NCBI GenBank assembly: GCA_001275005.1
Contig: JWZX01003227.1
Coordinates: 1-58,385, forward strand
Direction of reading: 5' to 3'
Length of the DNA stretch: 58,385 bases
Source of the DNA: Chrysochromulina tobinii
Lineage: Eukaryota
Below the pieces are notes generated by a model. The model ran no database searches. It was not told the DNA's origin and was given only the letters and a program-made list of their open reading frames with translations. Positions 23,555 through 35,359 of this stretch are shown in pieces; within the stretch, counting starts at the first letter, position 1, and every line of letters begins with the position of its first letter. Both the position numbers and the translations under genes were made by a program.

Positions 23555-24916
23555 TCACGGAGCCCAAGATGACCCGCTGCGTCCAGCAGCGCCTCGGCCG
23601 CCAGTGTGCGTGGGCCGACTGCCCGCCCGGCCGCGCGACATCTCACTGGCCTCCTTGCGCGCACGCTCGGCGTCGAGTTCCACAGCTTCGTCGTAGAGCA
23701 CCTCGAAGCCACCGCCGCTCGGCAGGCCGCTCCCGGGCGCGCATGCACCATCGGCGCTCGCGTCGGCCGCCGCAGAGCCACGCCGGCTCGTCGCAGCGGC
23801 CGCGGGAGCGCCGGGAATGTACGGACCGGTGCTTTGGCGGCCTGCGTGCTCGAAGAAGCTTGGCGGCAGCACGATGTCGATCACCTCGCTAATCAGCGCC
23901 GTCTTGAGCGCTCTGTCCGTCGCAGTGGTGGTCGAGAGCGAGGGCGAGGCGTTCACCTCCAGAAGCCACGGCTTGAGCGACGAGTCGATCAATATGTCGT
24001 AACCGTACATCTCAAAGCAGTGCTTGTCGTTGATGATCACGTTCTGGACAGCCTTGAGCGAATGAATAATGATCCAGCCGATGTCTGCCATGAGCTTCAC
24101 AGCAGCCTCGGTGCCACGCGTGCCCTCCACGTAGAGCCGCAGGTTACGCAGGCTCCACTTGCCGCCGTGCGAGTGCGAGTAGCCCTCCGAGTGCTTCTGG
24201 ATCGCCACGTTGGTCAGGTGCATCAACTCGTTGTCCAGGTCGTGTGCGTCGTTCGAGTAGTTGACCGTTGTGAAGCGCGCGAAGCCATGGCGGTAGATGT
24301 AGACCTTGAGCGGACGGTACGACGTCACCAGCACGTAGATGCGCAGGTCGAACTTCTTTCCGCCGATGAGAAGCGGGTCGTTGATGTAGCGCGAAATGAC
24401 GTAGGCGTCACGGGATGCGAGCTGTGCGCTGCGTGAGGCGGCCCACTTTTTGACCTGCGCAAGCTTGTTGATGATGAAGATTCCCTTGCCCTGACACTTG
24501 GACGTGGGTTTCATGATCCACATGAGCGAGGGCGACTTCTTGTACTCCTCCACGAAGAGCGAGAAGTCGTTGGGCAGAAGTAATGTCGTGGGAATGATGT
24601 CAAGGTCAGGCATGGGTAGGCCGCTCGCGCCGTCGATGCGCTCGAGCCAGGTGCGTTCGACCTCTTTGCGGTAGCGCTTGATATTCTTCACCATCAGGTC
24701 CTTGCGCGTGAGCTCGTAATGATTGGGAAAATGCGAGATCACTTGGCCATCGTGGAGCCGCACGCCCGACTCGGCCGAGAAGATTTGCCTTGTGCCCTCC
24801 TTGTCGGCCCAATAAAAGTTCCAATCGCCATCATCTGTCGCGCGCGTCCAGCCGCGCCGCGCAAAGTTGGTGAGCAATACGTGCTTGTCGTGGTCTACCC
24901 TCCAGCGGAGGGCCAT
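23555..24916 (-). CDS. TTLL1: Tubulin polyglutamylase TTLL1-like
   Basis: HFPNHYELTRKDLMVKNIKRY, WIMKP, KFDLRIYVLV, HLTNVAIQK, FEMYGYDILID, EVNASPS. Confidence 0.9.
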   Translation of the reverse strand: MALRWRVDHDKHVLLTNFARRGWTRATDDGDWNFYWADKEGTRQIFSAESGVRLHDGQVISHFPNHYELTRKDLMVKNIKRYRKEVERTWLERIDGASGLPMPDLDIIPTTLLLPNDFSLFVEEYKKSPSLMWIMKPTSKCQGKGIFIINKLAQVKKWAASRSAQLASRDAYVISRYINDPLLIGGKKFDLRIYVLVTSYRPLKVYIYRHGFARFTTVNYSNDAHDLDNELMHLTNVAIQKHSEGYSHSHGGKWSLRNLRLYVEGTRGTEAAVKLMADIGWIIIHSLKAVQNVIINDKHCFEMYGYDILIDSSLKPWLLEVNASPSLSTTTATDRALKTALISEVIDIVLPPSFFEHAGRQSTGPYIPGAPAAAATSRRGSAAADASADGACAPGSGLPSGGGFEVLYDEAVELDAERARKEASEMSRGRAGSRPTHTGGRGAAGRSGSSWAP

Positions 24917-25256
24917 CGGCGCCGGTCGGCGGCCGACGCATGCGCACGAAAAGAGAAAAGGTGTCGCGCCGTGTCGAACCGTCATCGGACGAAACTTTGG
25001 AGGCACCGCACCGAAAGTATCTTACAGCGTTCCAGATATGCCTCGAGAGTGAGGAGATATGGAATTTCCTCATCACTTAAGTAATAGAATGACTGGTTCA
25101 TGGGTAACTCACTCTAAGTGAATGCCTTCGTCTGTGGCACGCATGCCTCCAAGCCATAAACGAAGCCGCCACGCGGTCACGGGCTCACGCCGCCAGTGAG
25201 CATCCTCATCCTCCACATCCTCGCACGAAAAAACGCCAGAGAGCCACACAATTATC

Positions 25257-25763
25257 TCAGAGCCGCTGCGCAAGGGTGACTGCTGAGCCAGACTTGTAAG
25301 AGCCGAGGGCAGGGGTGCCGCTCGGCCTGCCACCTCCCATCGTGCAGGCCTCCGGCAAGATCTCGGCCGTGGAGGCCGTCGAGGCCGTCGGGGCCGTCGG
25401 GGCCGTCGCTGGAGCGGAAGCAGCCTCCGGCACGACGACACCGTTGGATTGGCGGACAAGAGTCCCTTGGACGCGGCCGCCGCCCATGGTGCACGCCTCC
25501 TGGAGCATACCCACCTTGTCGAGCATCGGGGTCATCGCCGAAGCGGACGCATGCGTCGTCGGCACAACAACACCATTTGACTGGCGAACAAACGTGCCTT
25601 GGGGACGGCCGCCGCCCATGGTGCACGCCTCCTCGAGCAGCGGCGCGCCACCGCGCGTGAGCTGCATGACTGGCGTTGCGAAGCGCACAGCCGGCGACGC
25701 CTGGAAGAGTGACGCCGGAGGCGCGAAGGCAATGGCAGAGGCAGCGAGGAAGGCGTAGATCAT
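25257..25763 (-). CDS. Small plastid-targeted repeat protein with three EACTMGGGR modules
   Basis: Leader MIYAFLAASAIAFAPP (signal peptide plus AFAP), then three repeats separated by Ala/Thr/Ser/Pro linkers. Confidence 0.8.
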   Translation of the reverse strand: MIYAFLAASAIAFAPPASLFQASPAVRFATPVMQLTRGGAPLLEEACTMGGGRPQGTFVRQSNGVVVPTTHASASAMTPMLDKVGMLQEACTMGGGRVQGTLVRQSNGVVVPEAASAPATAPTAPTASTASTAEILPEACTMGGGRPSGTPALGSYKSGSAVTLAQRL

Positions 25764-25862
25764 GTCGGACGTGAATCCACAGCGCAGGCTCTCGAAGGAA
25801 GCCAGATCGCGAATCTTTTTCAATAACATCTCCTAATTTGGAAGGGCCCTGGTCTATCATTC

Positions 25863-27938
25863 TCAGTCTTCACACGAGTCTTCATCTTCAACCTTCCCCG
25901 CCTCCTCGTTTTCAGATTCGCTCTCAGGATCGCGGCTCCGCCGCCGCTGCCTTGCGCTTGCGCTCATCGTTTCCAGCAAGCCGCCGCGCCGCGCCGCTGC
26001 CTGCAGCCGCCCTCGTCGGACCGGCAAGACATCATCAATGAGTAGCAGCTGCGCGAGGCAGCCCAGGACGCCATCGACGAGCTGCAGTTTGAGGTCGAGT
26101 GGCTCGAGGATGCCGGCACTGGCAGCATCGGACAGCGACTGCAGGTGCACCTCGCCTACCGCACTCGGCGCCTGCGGCGGCACCAACACGAGTCCCAGCG
26201 CGCACCGCGACGACCGATCGTGCGCAGCTCGCAGGCTCTGTAGCACCGACGGCCAGCGGCTCGCATGCGCCGAGAGCGCGCGCGCTTGCGCCGCATTCAT
26301 GTGCAGCTGTCGCACGGAGCGACGGACGCGCTGTGGTGAGCACTTGCATGCAAGGCGGCTCATCCGTGGCAATCAACGTACCTGTCGCACGGGAGCGAGG
26401 AGCGCGGCGGAGAGGATCTGCAGCACGGCCGTTTGCTCAGGAAGGAGCGCCGTGGCGCTCGCGCTCGTACGCGCTTGCTTCTGCGCGGCTACCAACCGTC
26501 GCACGCTCGCCTCGAGCTGCATCTCAGCCGCCCCAGCGCCCGGGAGCGCCAGCAACACTCTGCGCCCCCACTCCTTTGCGTCCGCGTCAGTCCTCGTGCG
26601 CCCCGCGTCCAGCCACAGTCGCAAACTCCGCAGTGCACGGCCGACGGCGGCAGCGTACTCGTTTGCAAGTCCAGGCGAGGTAGCACGCACGACGAGCGAG
26701 CACAGCTGCGGCGCGCTCGCGAGCTGCACGCGCACGTAGCCCCGCCCGCCCAAGCGCAAGCACTCGAAGCTGCATCCTGGCTGAGCGAAGCCCGCAGTCG
26801 GTGTGAGCAGCGCCGTGAGCTCTGCCGGCCGAGGCCAGCGCTGAAGGATGGAGATGCCAGCCGCGGTAGCGAGCGCGCGCAGGTCGTCCTCATCGACGCC
26901 GGGCACGGCGCATACGCCGTGCTGTGCGCACAATTGCACCGTCAGCGCGCTAAGTGGTGCACCGCTCAGTAACAGCCGCACGCCGGCGGCATGGGCTGTC
27001 TGCACCCACGCCTCCCGCGATGCATGCACGAAGTCCACCCACCGGCCGGCCGCGCTGTCTATGCCGTTACAAGTAACGGCCGCGCTGTCTATGCCGCCGG
27101 CAGGCGCTTGATCCGCACTGACCACCACCTCGGCGGGCACGCCAGCCTCCACAGCCCTAGCCTCCGCTGCCGTCTGAACCTCAGGCGCTGCCGCATGGGC
27201 ACCGAGCAGCAGAAGCACACCATCCTTGCCGAACACTGGCATCAGCTCCGAGGACGGCGTGCCGCCGATGATTCGCCCTGCGGTTGCGCACGAGCGACTC
27301 GGCTGCGCACCGGGTGCGGCGACGAGTGCCAAGCACCTCGCGCGCGCCACCGTCCCGTCGAGTTGCCACGTGGCCGCTCCAGCAGGCAGCAGCGTGGCCG
27401 CTCGGGCAGGCAGCACCGCCTCGATGAGCGCCTCGGAGAGCGAGGCCGACGCGCTCGCACCCAGCTGCACGCCGAGCGCCGTTGCGGCTACACGATACGC
27501 ATCGGCACGAAAGGCGTCATCGCCGTCCAGCGTGCGCACCGCCTGCTCTCGCCAGCACTCTGTGAGGTTGTGCGGCAGCACCTCGAGCTGCAACCAGCAG
27601 ACGGCCCTTGACAAGCGCACCCGCCATGCCGCTTGGCGGTCCTTAGGAAGCGCTTGCAGCTGTTGGCCCACCTCGGCGCGTGCAGCGTCAAGCATAAGAG
27701 CGTAGGCTTTCACACCGTCACCGGCTATCTGCTCATGTGCTGATGCGGCTTCGAGCATGAGGCTCTCGATGGGGTGCTGGCTGACGATGGAAGAGAGAAT
27801 GCTCGCGCCACTACAAGTTAGCACTGCCTTACGCGCGGCAGTCAGTAGGAGTTTCTCGCGAGCCAATGGACCGAATGAGGAGCCGAGCGCGCTGCCAAGG
27901 AGTCCGACGTCCCACTTGTGAAAGTCGTAGACGGCCAT
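25863..27938 (-). CDS. BBS10: Chaperonin-like Bardet-Biedl protein, best resembling BBS10; exons 27938-26382 and 26306-25863
   Basis: SSFGP, QHPI and AGDGVK (BBS10-type GDGxK); after splicing 26307-26381 the TCP-1-like C-terminus GILEPLDLKLQL...LLLIDDVL is in frame. Confidence 0.7.
26307..26381 (-). other. 75-nt GT-AG intron with the palindromic motif and a direct exon-end duplication
   Basis: CAG|GTACGT...CAG|CTG; exon end TCGCTCCCGTGCGACAG versus intron end TCGCTCCGTGCGACAG. Confidence 0.85.
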
Positions 27939-27963
27939 GCGGCGATTGAGATTCCACAAGTTT

Positions 27964-28031
27964 AGTCAAGCCGTCAAGTCAAGTCAAGTCAAGTTCAAGA
28001 AGTCAATTCAAGCCAAGTCATTTCAAGTCAA
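27964..28031. promoter_or_regulatory. (AGTCA)n / GTCAA repeat cluster between divergent BBS10 and ENY2
   Basis: About ten gtcaa/ttcaa units starting about 25 nt upstream of the BBS10 ATG. Confidence 0.45.
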
Positions 28032-28274
28032 TCCATCGAGTGAGCAAAGTTCTGCTCTTCACCACGAGTAGAGATCCAGCGCATGCGTGTTTACGCGAAA
28101 TCGTCACCGTCACACACTCACTCACTCACTTCATTCACTCAGTCACTCACACACACTCTCGTGAACCGCCGGAGCCTGACGTGGCGAACGCCCAAAACGC
28201 CGCTTCGAAGCATCGCAGGCGAGCGCCACGAAGGAGCGCTAGCGTTGGTGTGGTCAGCCGCCGCCCGCGCCACG

Positions 28275-28883
28275 ATGACGTCGACGACGGAGTTGAAGAA
28301 CAGCATCCAAATGAAGCTCGAGCAGACGGGAGAGTACGACAGGTGAATGCGGCGCGGTGATGCACTCGTGTGTGGTGCGTTGGTGCACGCGTGGGCGGCT
28401 ACCTGATGCCTCTAACCTGTGTGTGTGGCTTTCTCGCGATGGCGACAGGCTGAAGGAGCATTTGCGACAGAAGCTGATCGACTGCGGGTGGAGGGATAGA
28501 CTCAAGGAGCACACTATGGGTGCGTGCGCTGCGTTCGCACGCTGCTACAGCCGCCTCGCATGTCGGAATCCCTTGTGGATGCTGACCGCCCGATCGACTC
28601 GCAGAGCTCATTCGTAGCAAGGGTGATACAACCATGACGGTCGAGCAGCTGACGCAGGAGATCATCCCGCGAGGGCGAGGTACACCCCTGCCCTCGAACG
28701 GCGTCAAGGCTGCCACTCCCGCGAGAGCCTCGCCAAGGCACATCATCTAACTTCCCAGCAAATGCTCACGGCAGGGACTGAGCATTCCGTGTGCCGACGT
28801 GCACGTGCGCAGGGACGGTGCCCGACGAGATCAAGCAGGAGCTGCTCCAGCGGATACGCAGATTCGCAGAGCAGCAGTCGTGA
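28275..28883 (+). CDS. ENY2: ENY2/Sus1 (SAGA and TREX-2 subunit); exons 28275-28342, 28449-28519, 28605-28679, 28813-28883; missed by the ORF track
   Basis: Three GT-AG introns give MTSTTELKNSIQMKLEQTGEYDRLKEHLRQKLIDCGWRDRLKEHTMELIRSKG...IIPRGRGTVPDEIKQELLQRIRRF. Confidence 0.92.
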
Positions 28884-29457
28884 GCCGCTGACAGGTGCTC
28901 CCGATAAGTGCGCCATGACAGACGTATCCTCGATGCCCTAGAGGCGCGCCAACTGTCTGTCGCCCGGAGGACTGCGGAGTCTACTGTGCCCAAAGTTCAG
29001 TCGCTGTTGCTCATGGTGGCGTGGGTCGAAACCCCGGGTGGCGGTCTGCGCGGTCGTACTGGCAACTGGGATGCCGCATGCGTGCGTGGCAAGATTCTCC
29101 GGTTGCTTTCCTTCACAGGTGTTTTGTGTGGGCAACAGGCGCGAACGCAGCGTGTGAGCGCTCAGCGTATTACTAGCCATGTTTGCACTATTAAACTAAG
29201 TGCGCGGCGCGTGCGTGCGTGCATAACTGGATGAAACGGGTGAAACAAGGACCCAGTTTAGGACCGCGCAGCCCCTCCGGACCGCACGGAACGTGTCCCC
29301 CCCCCGCCCCGGTCGGTCGACGAACGCACACGGAGAAGAGAGTCAGAGACCGCTCGCTCGGCTGACGGCTCCCCTCTCTTTCGTCTCTGGTTCTGCGGTG
29401 CAGGTCGGGGCGTCGAACGCGCCGCGACGCTCGACATGGCGGCGAGATGCGAACCAG

Positions 29458-29586
29458 GAGGCTGCTGCGCCGCGGGCACGAGCCGTCGCTCATCCAGCAG
29501 CGTATAGGCGCTGTGATGAGCACTTGCATGCAAGGCGGCCGAGGCTACTGCGCCGCGGGCACGAGCCGTCGCTCATCCAGCAGCGT
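29458..29586. repeat. 46-nt direct repeat (29458-29503 and 29541-29586, one mismatch) flanking the palindromic motif
   Basis: Read directly from the sequence; the single mismatch is the ATG18 stop TAG versus CAG. Confidence 0.95.
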
Positions 29587-30858
29587 GCAGGCACCGCCCT
29601 CGAGTGTGTACATCAGGAACGAGCCGCTTGAGGTGACCACCTGCAAATACGTCTTCCCATCCTCGGTGCCGCCGTCTCGCAAGGCCGCCCGGCACCAGCT
29701 CCCTTCCTTTTGGGGAGGAATCTTGACGTGCACGTGGGCAACGTCCCGTCCGGCATGCGCAGCGGAGGCCGTGTTGGCAAGCTTCTCGCGCAACCCACCG
29801 AGAGGGCCGCGGCGCCGCGCGGTGGCGCCGCCGCTGCTGCCACCGCCGCGTGGAGTCGCGACGCGGACTTCGCCCAGACGCCAGACGTGTACGGTGCCCG
29901 TCGAGGAAGCGGCGCATAGGAGCGGGCCGGTAATGGCTCCCTTTTTCTGCTTACTGGCGGTAGCACTGCCGCTGCCGCCGGCACAACCATTTCCGGGGCT
30001 TGCCCTTCCGGCGGCGCCGGGGCTCGCCCTGCCGGCGGCGCCCGGGCTCGCTCTGCCGGCGGCGCCCGGGCTTGCCCTGCCTTCGGCCGGCTCGGCGTCA
30101 GCTGCAGTGGCTGGCTGCAGGTCGCCCTCCGCCGCCGTCGGCGCCTCCGTCGAGAAGGCAATGCTGTGAATGGTCGCTCGCGCCGTGCCTCTACGGAAGG
30201 TGTGCAGGAGCTGGCCGGTGGCCACTCCGTGGACCCTGATGACCGTGCCCTTCAAGCTCGCGGTCGCGACCATGTCGCCACGCGCGTTCAGGGCGAGCGC
30301 CGCGAGAGGCGAGTGGTGAGCGGCAATCGTGCTCATCACGTGGCCGTGCGCTGCGTCGAAAAGTACCACGCGGCCGGGGCCGCTACTCGCCGTCGGCAGG
30401 AGGGCGCACACGGAAGTATCGCCCTCGTGTGTGAGCGCCGCCAGGCCGTGTGGGTTCGCATCCGTCTCGAGCGTGTGCAGCATTCGCATGGTTGCCAGCT
30501 CGAAGATGTGCGTTGCCTGGGCAATGACGACGATGAGGCGTGATCGATTCATGAGCACGTTCAAGATATCTGTTGCAAAGGGTATCTCGAACACAGGCGC
30601 CGCGGTCGAAGAGTTCCACAGCCGAAGTCGGCGCGGTGAGTCGCCGGCGCGCTCGCCGCAGCCGACGATGGCGATCAGCGATGAGGAGAAGAGCATCTGA
30701 ATGACTCCCACACCACAGTCACCGCTAGCACATGGTGCGAAGGGTTGACATGTGAACACGGACCACGCACGTCGCCATCCCACGGCGATGTGCGTGGCGT
30801 CCTGGTTGAATGAGATGCATTGTATCTGGTCCTCCACCAAGACCTTGTCCTCCGGCAT
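29545..30858 (-). CDS. ATG18: ATG18/WIPI PROPPIN
   Basis: SFNQD, MLFSSSLIAIVG, AHHSPLAAL, ATASLKGTVIRV, FRRG lipid-binding motif, SSTGTVHVW. Confidence 0.92.
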   Translation of the reverse strand: MPEDKVLVEDQIQCISFNQDATHIAVGWRRAWSVFTCQPFAPCASGDCGVGVIQMLFSSSLIAIVGCGERAGDSPRRLRLWNSSTAAPVFEIPFATDILNVLMNRSRLIVVIAQATHIFELATMRMLHTLETDANPHGLAALTHEGDTSVCALLPTASSGPGRVVLFDAAHGHVMSTIAAHHSPLAALALNARGDMVATASLKGTVIRVHGVATGQLLHTFRRGTARATIHSIAFSTEAPTAAEGDLQPATAADAEPAEGRASPGAAGRASPGAAGRASPGAAGRASPGNGCAGGSGSATASKQKKGAITGPLLCAASSTGTVHVWRLGEVRVATPRGGGSSGGATARRRGPLGGLREKLANTASAAHAGRDVAHVHVKIPPQKEGSWCRAALRDGGTEDGKTYLQVVTSSGSFLMYTLEGGACTLLDERRLVPAAQ

Positions 30859-30933
30859 TTCCGAGGCGGCAGCTCAATGTTCACAAGAGATTTCACACTC
30901 CATCAAAAGTTTCGGAGAATGACGTATTTTGGT

Positions 30934-33900
30934 TTAGCTCCGTGACGCGTACGTTGCGCTTGGGGCCGGCGCGGGTGCGGGCGCGGGCGCCGCGAGCACA
31001 TTCTTGAACGAGACGAGCCGCTCGGCACGCTCGCGATAGGTGCGGAGGAGCTCGGGGAGGAGCTCTTCGAGCTTCTCGTTCTCGGCGATGGCCGAGCGGA
31101 ATGTGACCTTGGCCAGGCCCGTCGGCTCGCCGGCCGCCGCATCGACACCGACGTGGTGCGTGAGCGTGCCGCCCGTCATCTTGTTCATGTGCAGCTGGAT
31201 CTTGAGGGAGCCTACTGGTAGGGCACGCGATGCCTCACGAGAGGCCTGGCGGCGCGCGAGGATGGCGTGCAGCGGCTCGTAGAGGGGGAGCACCTGCGCG
31301 AGGCCGAGGGGCTGCGGAACGAAGGCGAAGCAGCCCGGCTGCGCCTCGCCATAGAGGAGGCGCCACACCTCACAGAGCGTCAAGCGCAGCCGGGCGTGCC
31401 CCGCCGAGCCTCTCCCCATGAGTTCCCACAGAAGGCTGGCGGCCGCAATGGGCGCCGCCTCCCCGCGTTGCGCGAGCCGGCGCCGCTCGCGCTCGAGCCC
31501 CGCGCGGTAGCTCACGGCGGCGCGTGCATGCCTGTCCCTTGCCTCGTCCTCATCGTCGAGGCCGTCCTCGCCGACCGCACGCGCGCCGCGCACCGCCTGG
31601 CTCCCCTCCGAGTGTGAATTCACAGCCTGCTTGAGCAGGCGCAGCACCGCTTGCCAGAGCCACAGCTGCTCTAACGGCTCGTCCTTCCGCCGCTCCGAGA
31701 GCCCGAGGGCGAGCCCGAGCACGGACGTCGGGCGCGGGTGCGACGGCTCGTGCCGCACGGCGCCCGTGCCGCCCGTGCCGCCCTCGCGCCCAGCCCCAGC
31801 TGTGAATTCACACTCGGCTCCAACCGCTTCATCGCGAACGGCTGCCGCCTCGTCTGGCCGCTCAGGTCCGGCGAGAAGGGTGAGCCGGAGGAGGCAATCC
31901 GCGGCGGCCAGGCGCACGGACGGCAGCTGGCCGGCGGCCTCGTAGTGCCAGTAAGTGCGCCAGCTGGGGGTGGAGGCGGTGTCGGCCGAGGCGGAGGCCG
32001 AGGCGGAGGCGGGGGCGGAGGCGGGGGCGGAGGTCGATGCGGAGTGCGCGCGTGCAATCTCCACTGTACAGAGCGCATGCAGCGCGGCGCGGCAGAGGGC
32101 GCCGCCGTCGCGCGCGCCGGCGCCACGCCCTTCGAACGAGACGGAGACGAGCCGAAGCTGCCGCGTGATTCGGGCAACGACCTCGCGTTTTGCCCCTGGG
32201 TGGCGGCAGCGCGTGGTCGCGAGCGCCCGGAGCAGCGCGCCCACGTAGGCGCCATCGTCGAACTCGTTGCTCTCGTTGTCGTTCTCGTCGATGAGCTGGA
32301 GGAGCAGCTCGAAGGCGCCGGCCGGGGTGAAGCCCGAGGCGTCGCGGCACGTGCCGAGCGCCTCGACGAGCGCCTTGAACGTCGCGTACTCGCTCAAGTC
32401 CCCAAAATCGTTCGGGAGGACGTGGCCGCCCGTGTCGCACAGGAGCTCGCGCGCGAGCGCCACGAGCGCCTCGGCAGCCGCGCCCTCCGACACGAGCGCC
32501 GTGAGGCGCGCGAGCGCCGCAACGGCTGCGGTGCGCACGCGGAAGTACACGCTCCGGTCGCGCGCCACGTCGACGAGTGTGTGGACGGCCGTTGGGTTGG
32601 GAAAGGTAGCGAGGGCCGCCGCCGCCGCCTCTCGCGAGGGCACGTCCCGATCAAAGAGCAGCTGCGCCGTGCACATGCTCTCGGGCATGCCGGCCCACGC
32701 GCCATCGCCGGCGCGCCCGGTCCACGTGACGCGCACTGGCAGCTCGAGCCGCGGGTCGAGGCGTACCCAGAGCAGCGGGAGCAGCTGCCACGGCGCGGAG
32801 CTCGCCTCGTCCGCATCGTCGACGGCGGCGCGCGAGCGCTTGAGATGGCGCCGTCGCCGATGCGAACTGATCACCACTTCAATGAGCTGCTGCCGATCGA
32901 CTGGGCTGAGCTTCTTGTCGATCGTGCGGCTCACGCCGCCGTCGGCGCCGTCGTGCTCACCCCACCCGATGACGAGGGGGAACTCTCCGATCTGTGCGGC
33001 GGCCAACGGCTTGGGCGAGATCACGACGAGCTCGAGGCGGTGCTGCGGCTGGTTGAAGGCGAAGTTGGCGCGCAGCGTGGGGCACGGCTTGGCGGCGTAC
33101 ACCCACTCGCTCGCGAACGAGGCGCCCAACCGCACTCCCTGCGCCACGCATGCCGCCAGCAGTGCCGCCGTCGACGAAATGCGCTCAGGACGGCGCTCAT
33201 GCATCCCAGCCACCGCGGACGTCGAGGCGGTCGGCGTGCCGGCGTGCGCTGCGCAGCTCGATTCGACTGGCCGCCTGTTCGGCCGACTGGGCAGCAGATG
33301 CGCGAGCAGCCGGCTGAGCGACTGTTGGCCGCCGTCGGAGCGGATGGCAGCGGCCTCGATCATTCGCCACACGAGGGGCGCCTTGCGCCGGCGGTACTCG
33401 GTGAAGAGCTGCTCGGGATGGAGCCCACCGCCCCACCGCTCAAGCTCGGTGCTGTCGGGCACGAGAGCCTCTGGAGGCGCTCCCGCCTCCGTGAGCCACG
33501 CGCGCTCCTCGCTCAGCCGATGAGCTGCCTCGTCCGAACCGAACAGTGATCATCAGCGATCATCAGTGGCAATCAGTGGTCATCAGCGGTCATCATCAGT
33601 GGTCATCATCAATGGACACTCACCTGCCTCGTCCGAGCCAAACTCATGACGCGTGTACTCGTGCACCAAGCGCCCCTCGAGAGCCATGAGAAGCCATGCC
33701 TCGCGCCAACCGTCGAGCCACAAGAGCGCGAGCAGCCACGAGCGGCCAAGCGCACGGCCGAGCTCGATGCAGCTCGGGCGCGCCGGCTCGAGCGCCTCGG
33801 GCGAGTGGAGCCAGTGAGAAGAGAGCAGCACCAGCCCTCCAAACGATGCTGTCTCCTCACGAGCTCCTTCGAGCACCACGAGCACGTGGCGTGCGTACGG

Positions 33901-35292
33901 CGCCCTGGCCGCCAACGAGTTGCTCACGCCGCCGCCGCCGCCGCCGTGGCTGGCGCTCAGATGCTGCTGGCTGTTCACGCCGCTGTTGGCAAGCGCGAGC
34001 GTCCTGTTCACACCATCATCGTCCACTTCCATCGCCTCACTCTCCTCGGAGGCCCTAGCAGCGCCGTCTTGGGCGTCCTTGCACATGGAAGGTCCTTCGC
34101 CCGCCCGACCCGAGCTGGCGGCCTCGGCCGAAGCCTCCTCGGCCGCGAGGCGAGCCTCCGCCGCGGCAGCCACCGAGGGCTCGAGTAGGTGGCGGTGCAA
34201 GAAGGCGAGCGTGGACGGCAGGTGGCGTGCGAGGTAGAGCAGCTGTGGCCAGAGCCGCATGCCGGACGGCGAGCGCGCTGCATCGCCTTTGGGATGGGCC
34301 GCGGCGCCCGCGGGGGTGGCGGCGCCCGCACAGGCGGTGCCCACGCCGGCAGATGGATACGCGTCGCGCGTGCCTAGGACGAGCGTCACATTGGGCAGCG
34401 TCGGGTGAGGCAGTGACGAGAGATGGCCGACTACGAAGCCGACCTGTGCCGCGAGGGAGGGCTCGTCGAGCGCAAAGCCCCACGTGGCATGGCGCTGTGC
34501 TGCGGAGCGCGCCACCGGCGCGCTGCTCACGCCGAGGCAGCGGCCGCTCGCATGCACCTGCAAGCTCGCGTCCGCCGTCACATGCAGCGTGATCTGGCAG
34601 CGCACCTGCGGGCAGTCGACACACGGCATCCAGCGGCGCGGAGCACCCCACTCGCCACTCGTGTGCGCGTAGACGGCATCGGCGCAGCCGGCGGAGCGCA
34701 CAAAGTGGACGCCGCCACGCGGCTCGCTCACGCTGAACTCGACCGAGAGCGTCACCTCCGGCCCGTCCATGGCCACGCTTCCGTCCTTTGTACGTGGCCT
34801 AGCCCGCGTGACGATGGCAGCAGGCAGCGGGATCGCCAGCTCACCGTAGTGGAAGCCCGCACCTCGCGGCTCGTCCCACTGCTGGTGCGATCCGATGAAG
34901 GTGGCAGCACCGTGGCACCGTTGGAAGGAGACGAGGTCCCGTGTGCGCCGCCAGCATGGCGGCACGACAGCCTCGGCGAGGCTATCGGCAACGGGCACGA
35001 CTGGCTGTGGCTCAGCGCGGGCGTCACTGGTGGTTATGAGCTCACCATCGAGAAGGCAACGGTGGACGACGCACGTGGGTGCGCAGTTGAGCCGGATCTC
35101 TGTCGTGGACGCGCTGAGCCGAATGCGGAACTGCGCCGTCCCACGCAGCGAGCCACGACCCTTGAGGCTCACGCTGACATGGATGGACTGCGAGAGCAGC
35201 AACCAGCGGTCACCCGGGCTGAGTTCCAGCTTGGGCGTGGCGTCGGCGCTCGCTGTGCTCGCCGTGTTCGCCGGCACGAGCACGAGGGCCAT
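30934..35292 (-). CDS. TAF2: TFIID subunit 2 (M1-aminopeptidase-like fold); exons 35292-33624 and 33524-30934
   Basis: RRWMPCVD, LLWVRLDP, QLLFDRDV, VYFRVR, PNDFGDLSEY, ENDNESNEFDDGAY; the 99-nt intron joins the 569-aa and 842-aa ORFs in frame. Confidence 0.88.
33525..33623 (-). other. 99-nt GT-AG decamer-repeat intron with a 13-nt direct exon-end duplication
   Basis: ctgcctcgtccga at both 33525-33537 and 33624-33636; donor GTGAGT. Confidence 0.9.
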
Positions 35293-35359
35293 CTCGCGCC
35301 GTGAACTGTGAAACTATGCTGTGAAACTGTGATGGTGTGAAACTTGGATCATGCTCAAC

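Noticed and set aside
28335..28448. ENY2 intron 1 shares CGACAG with the exon end
   Set aside because: Only 6 nt, half of it the CAG consensus, and no tandem filler; not counted in the new intron class.
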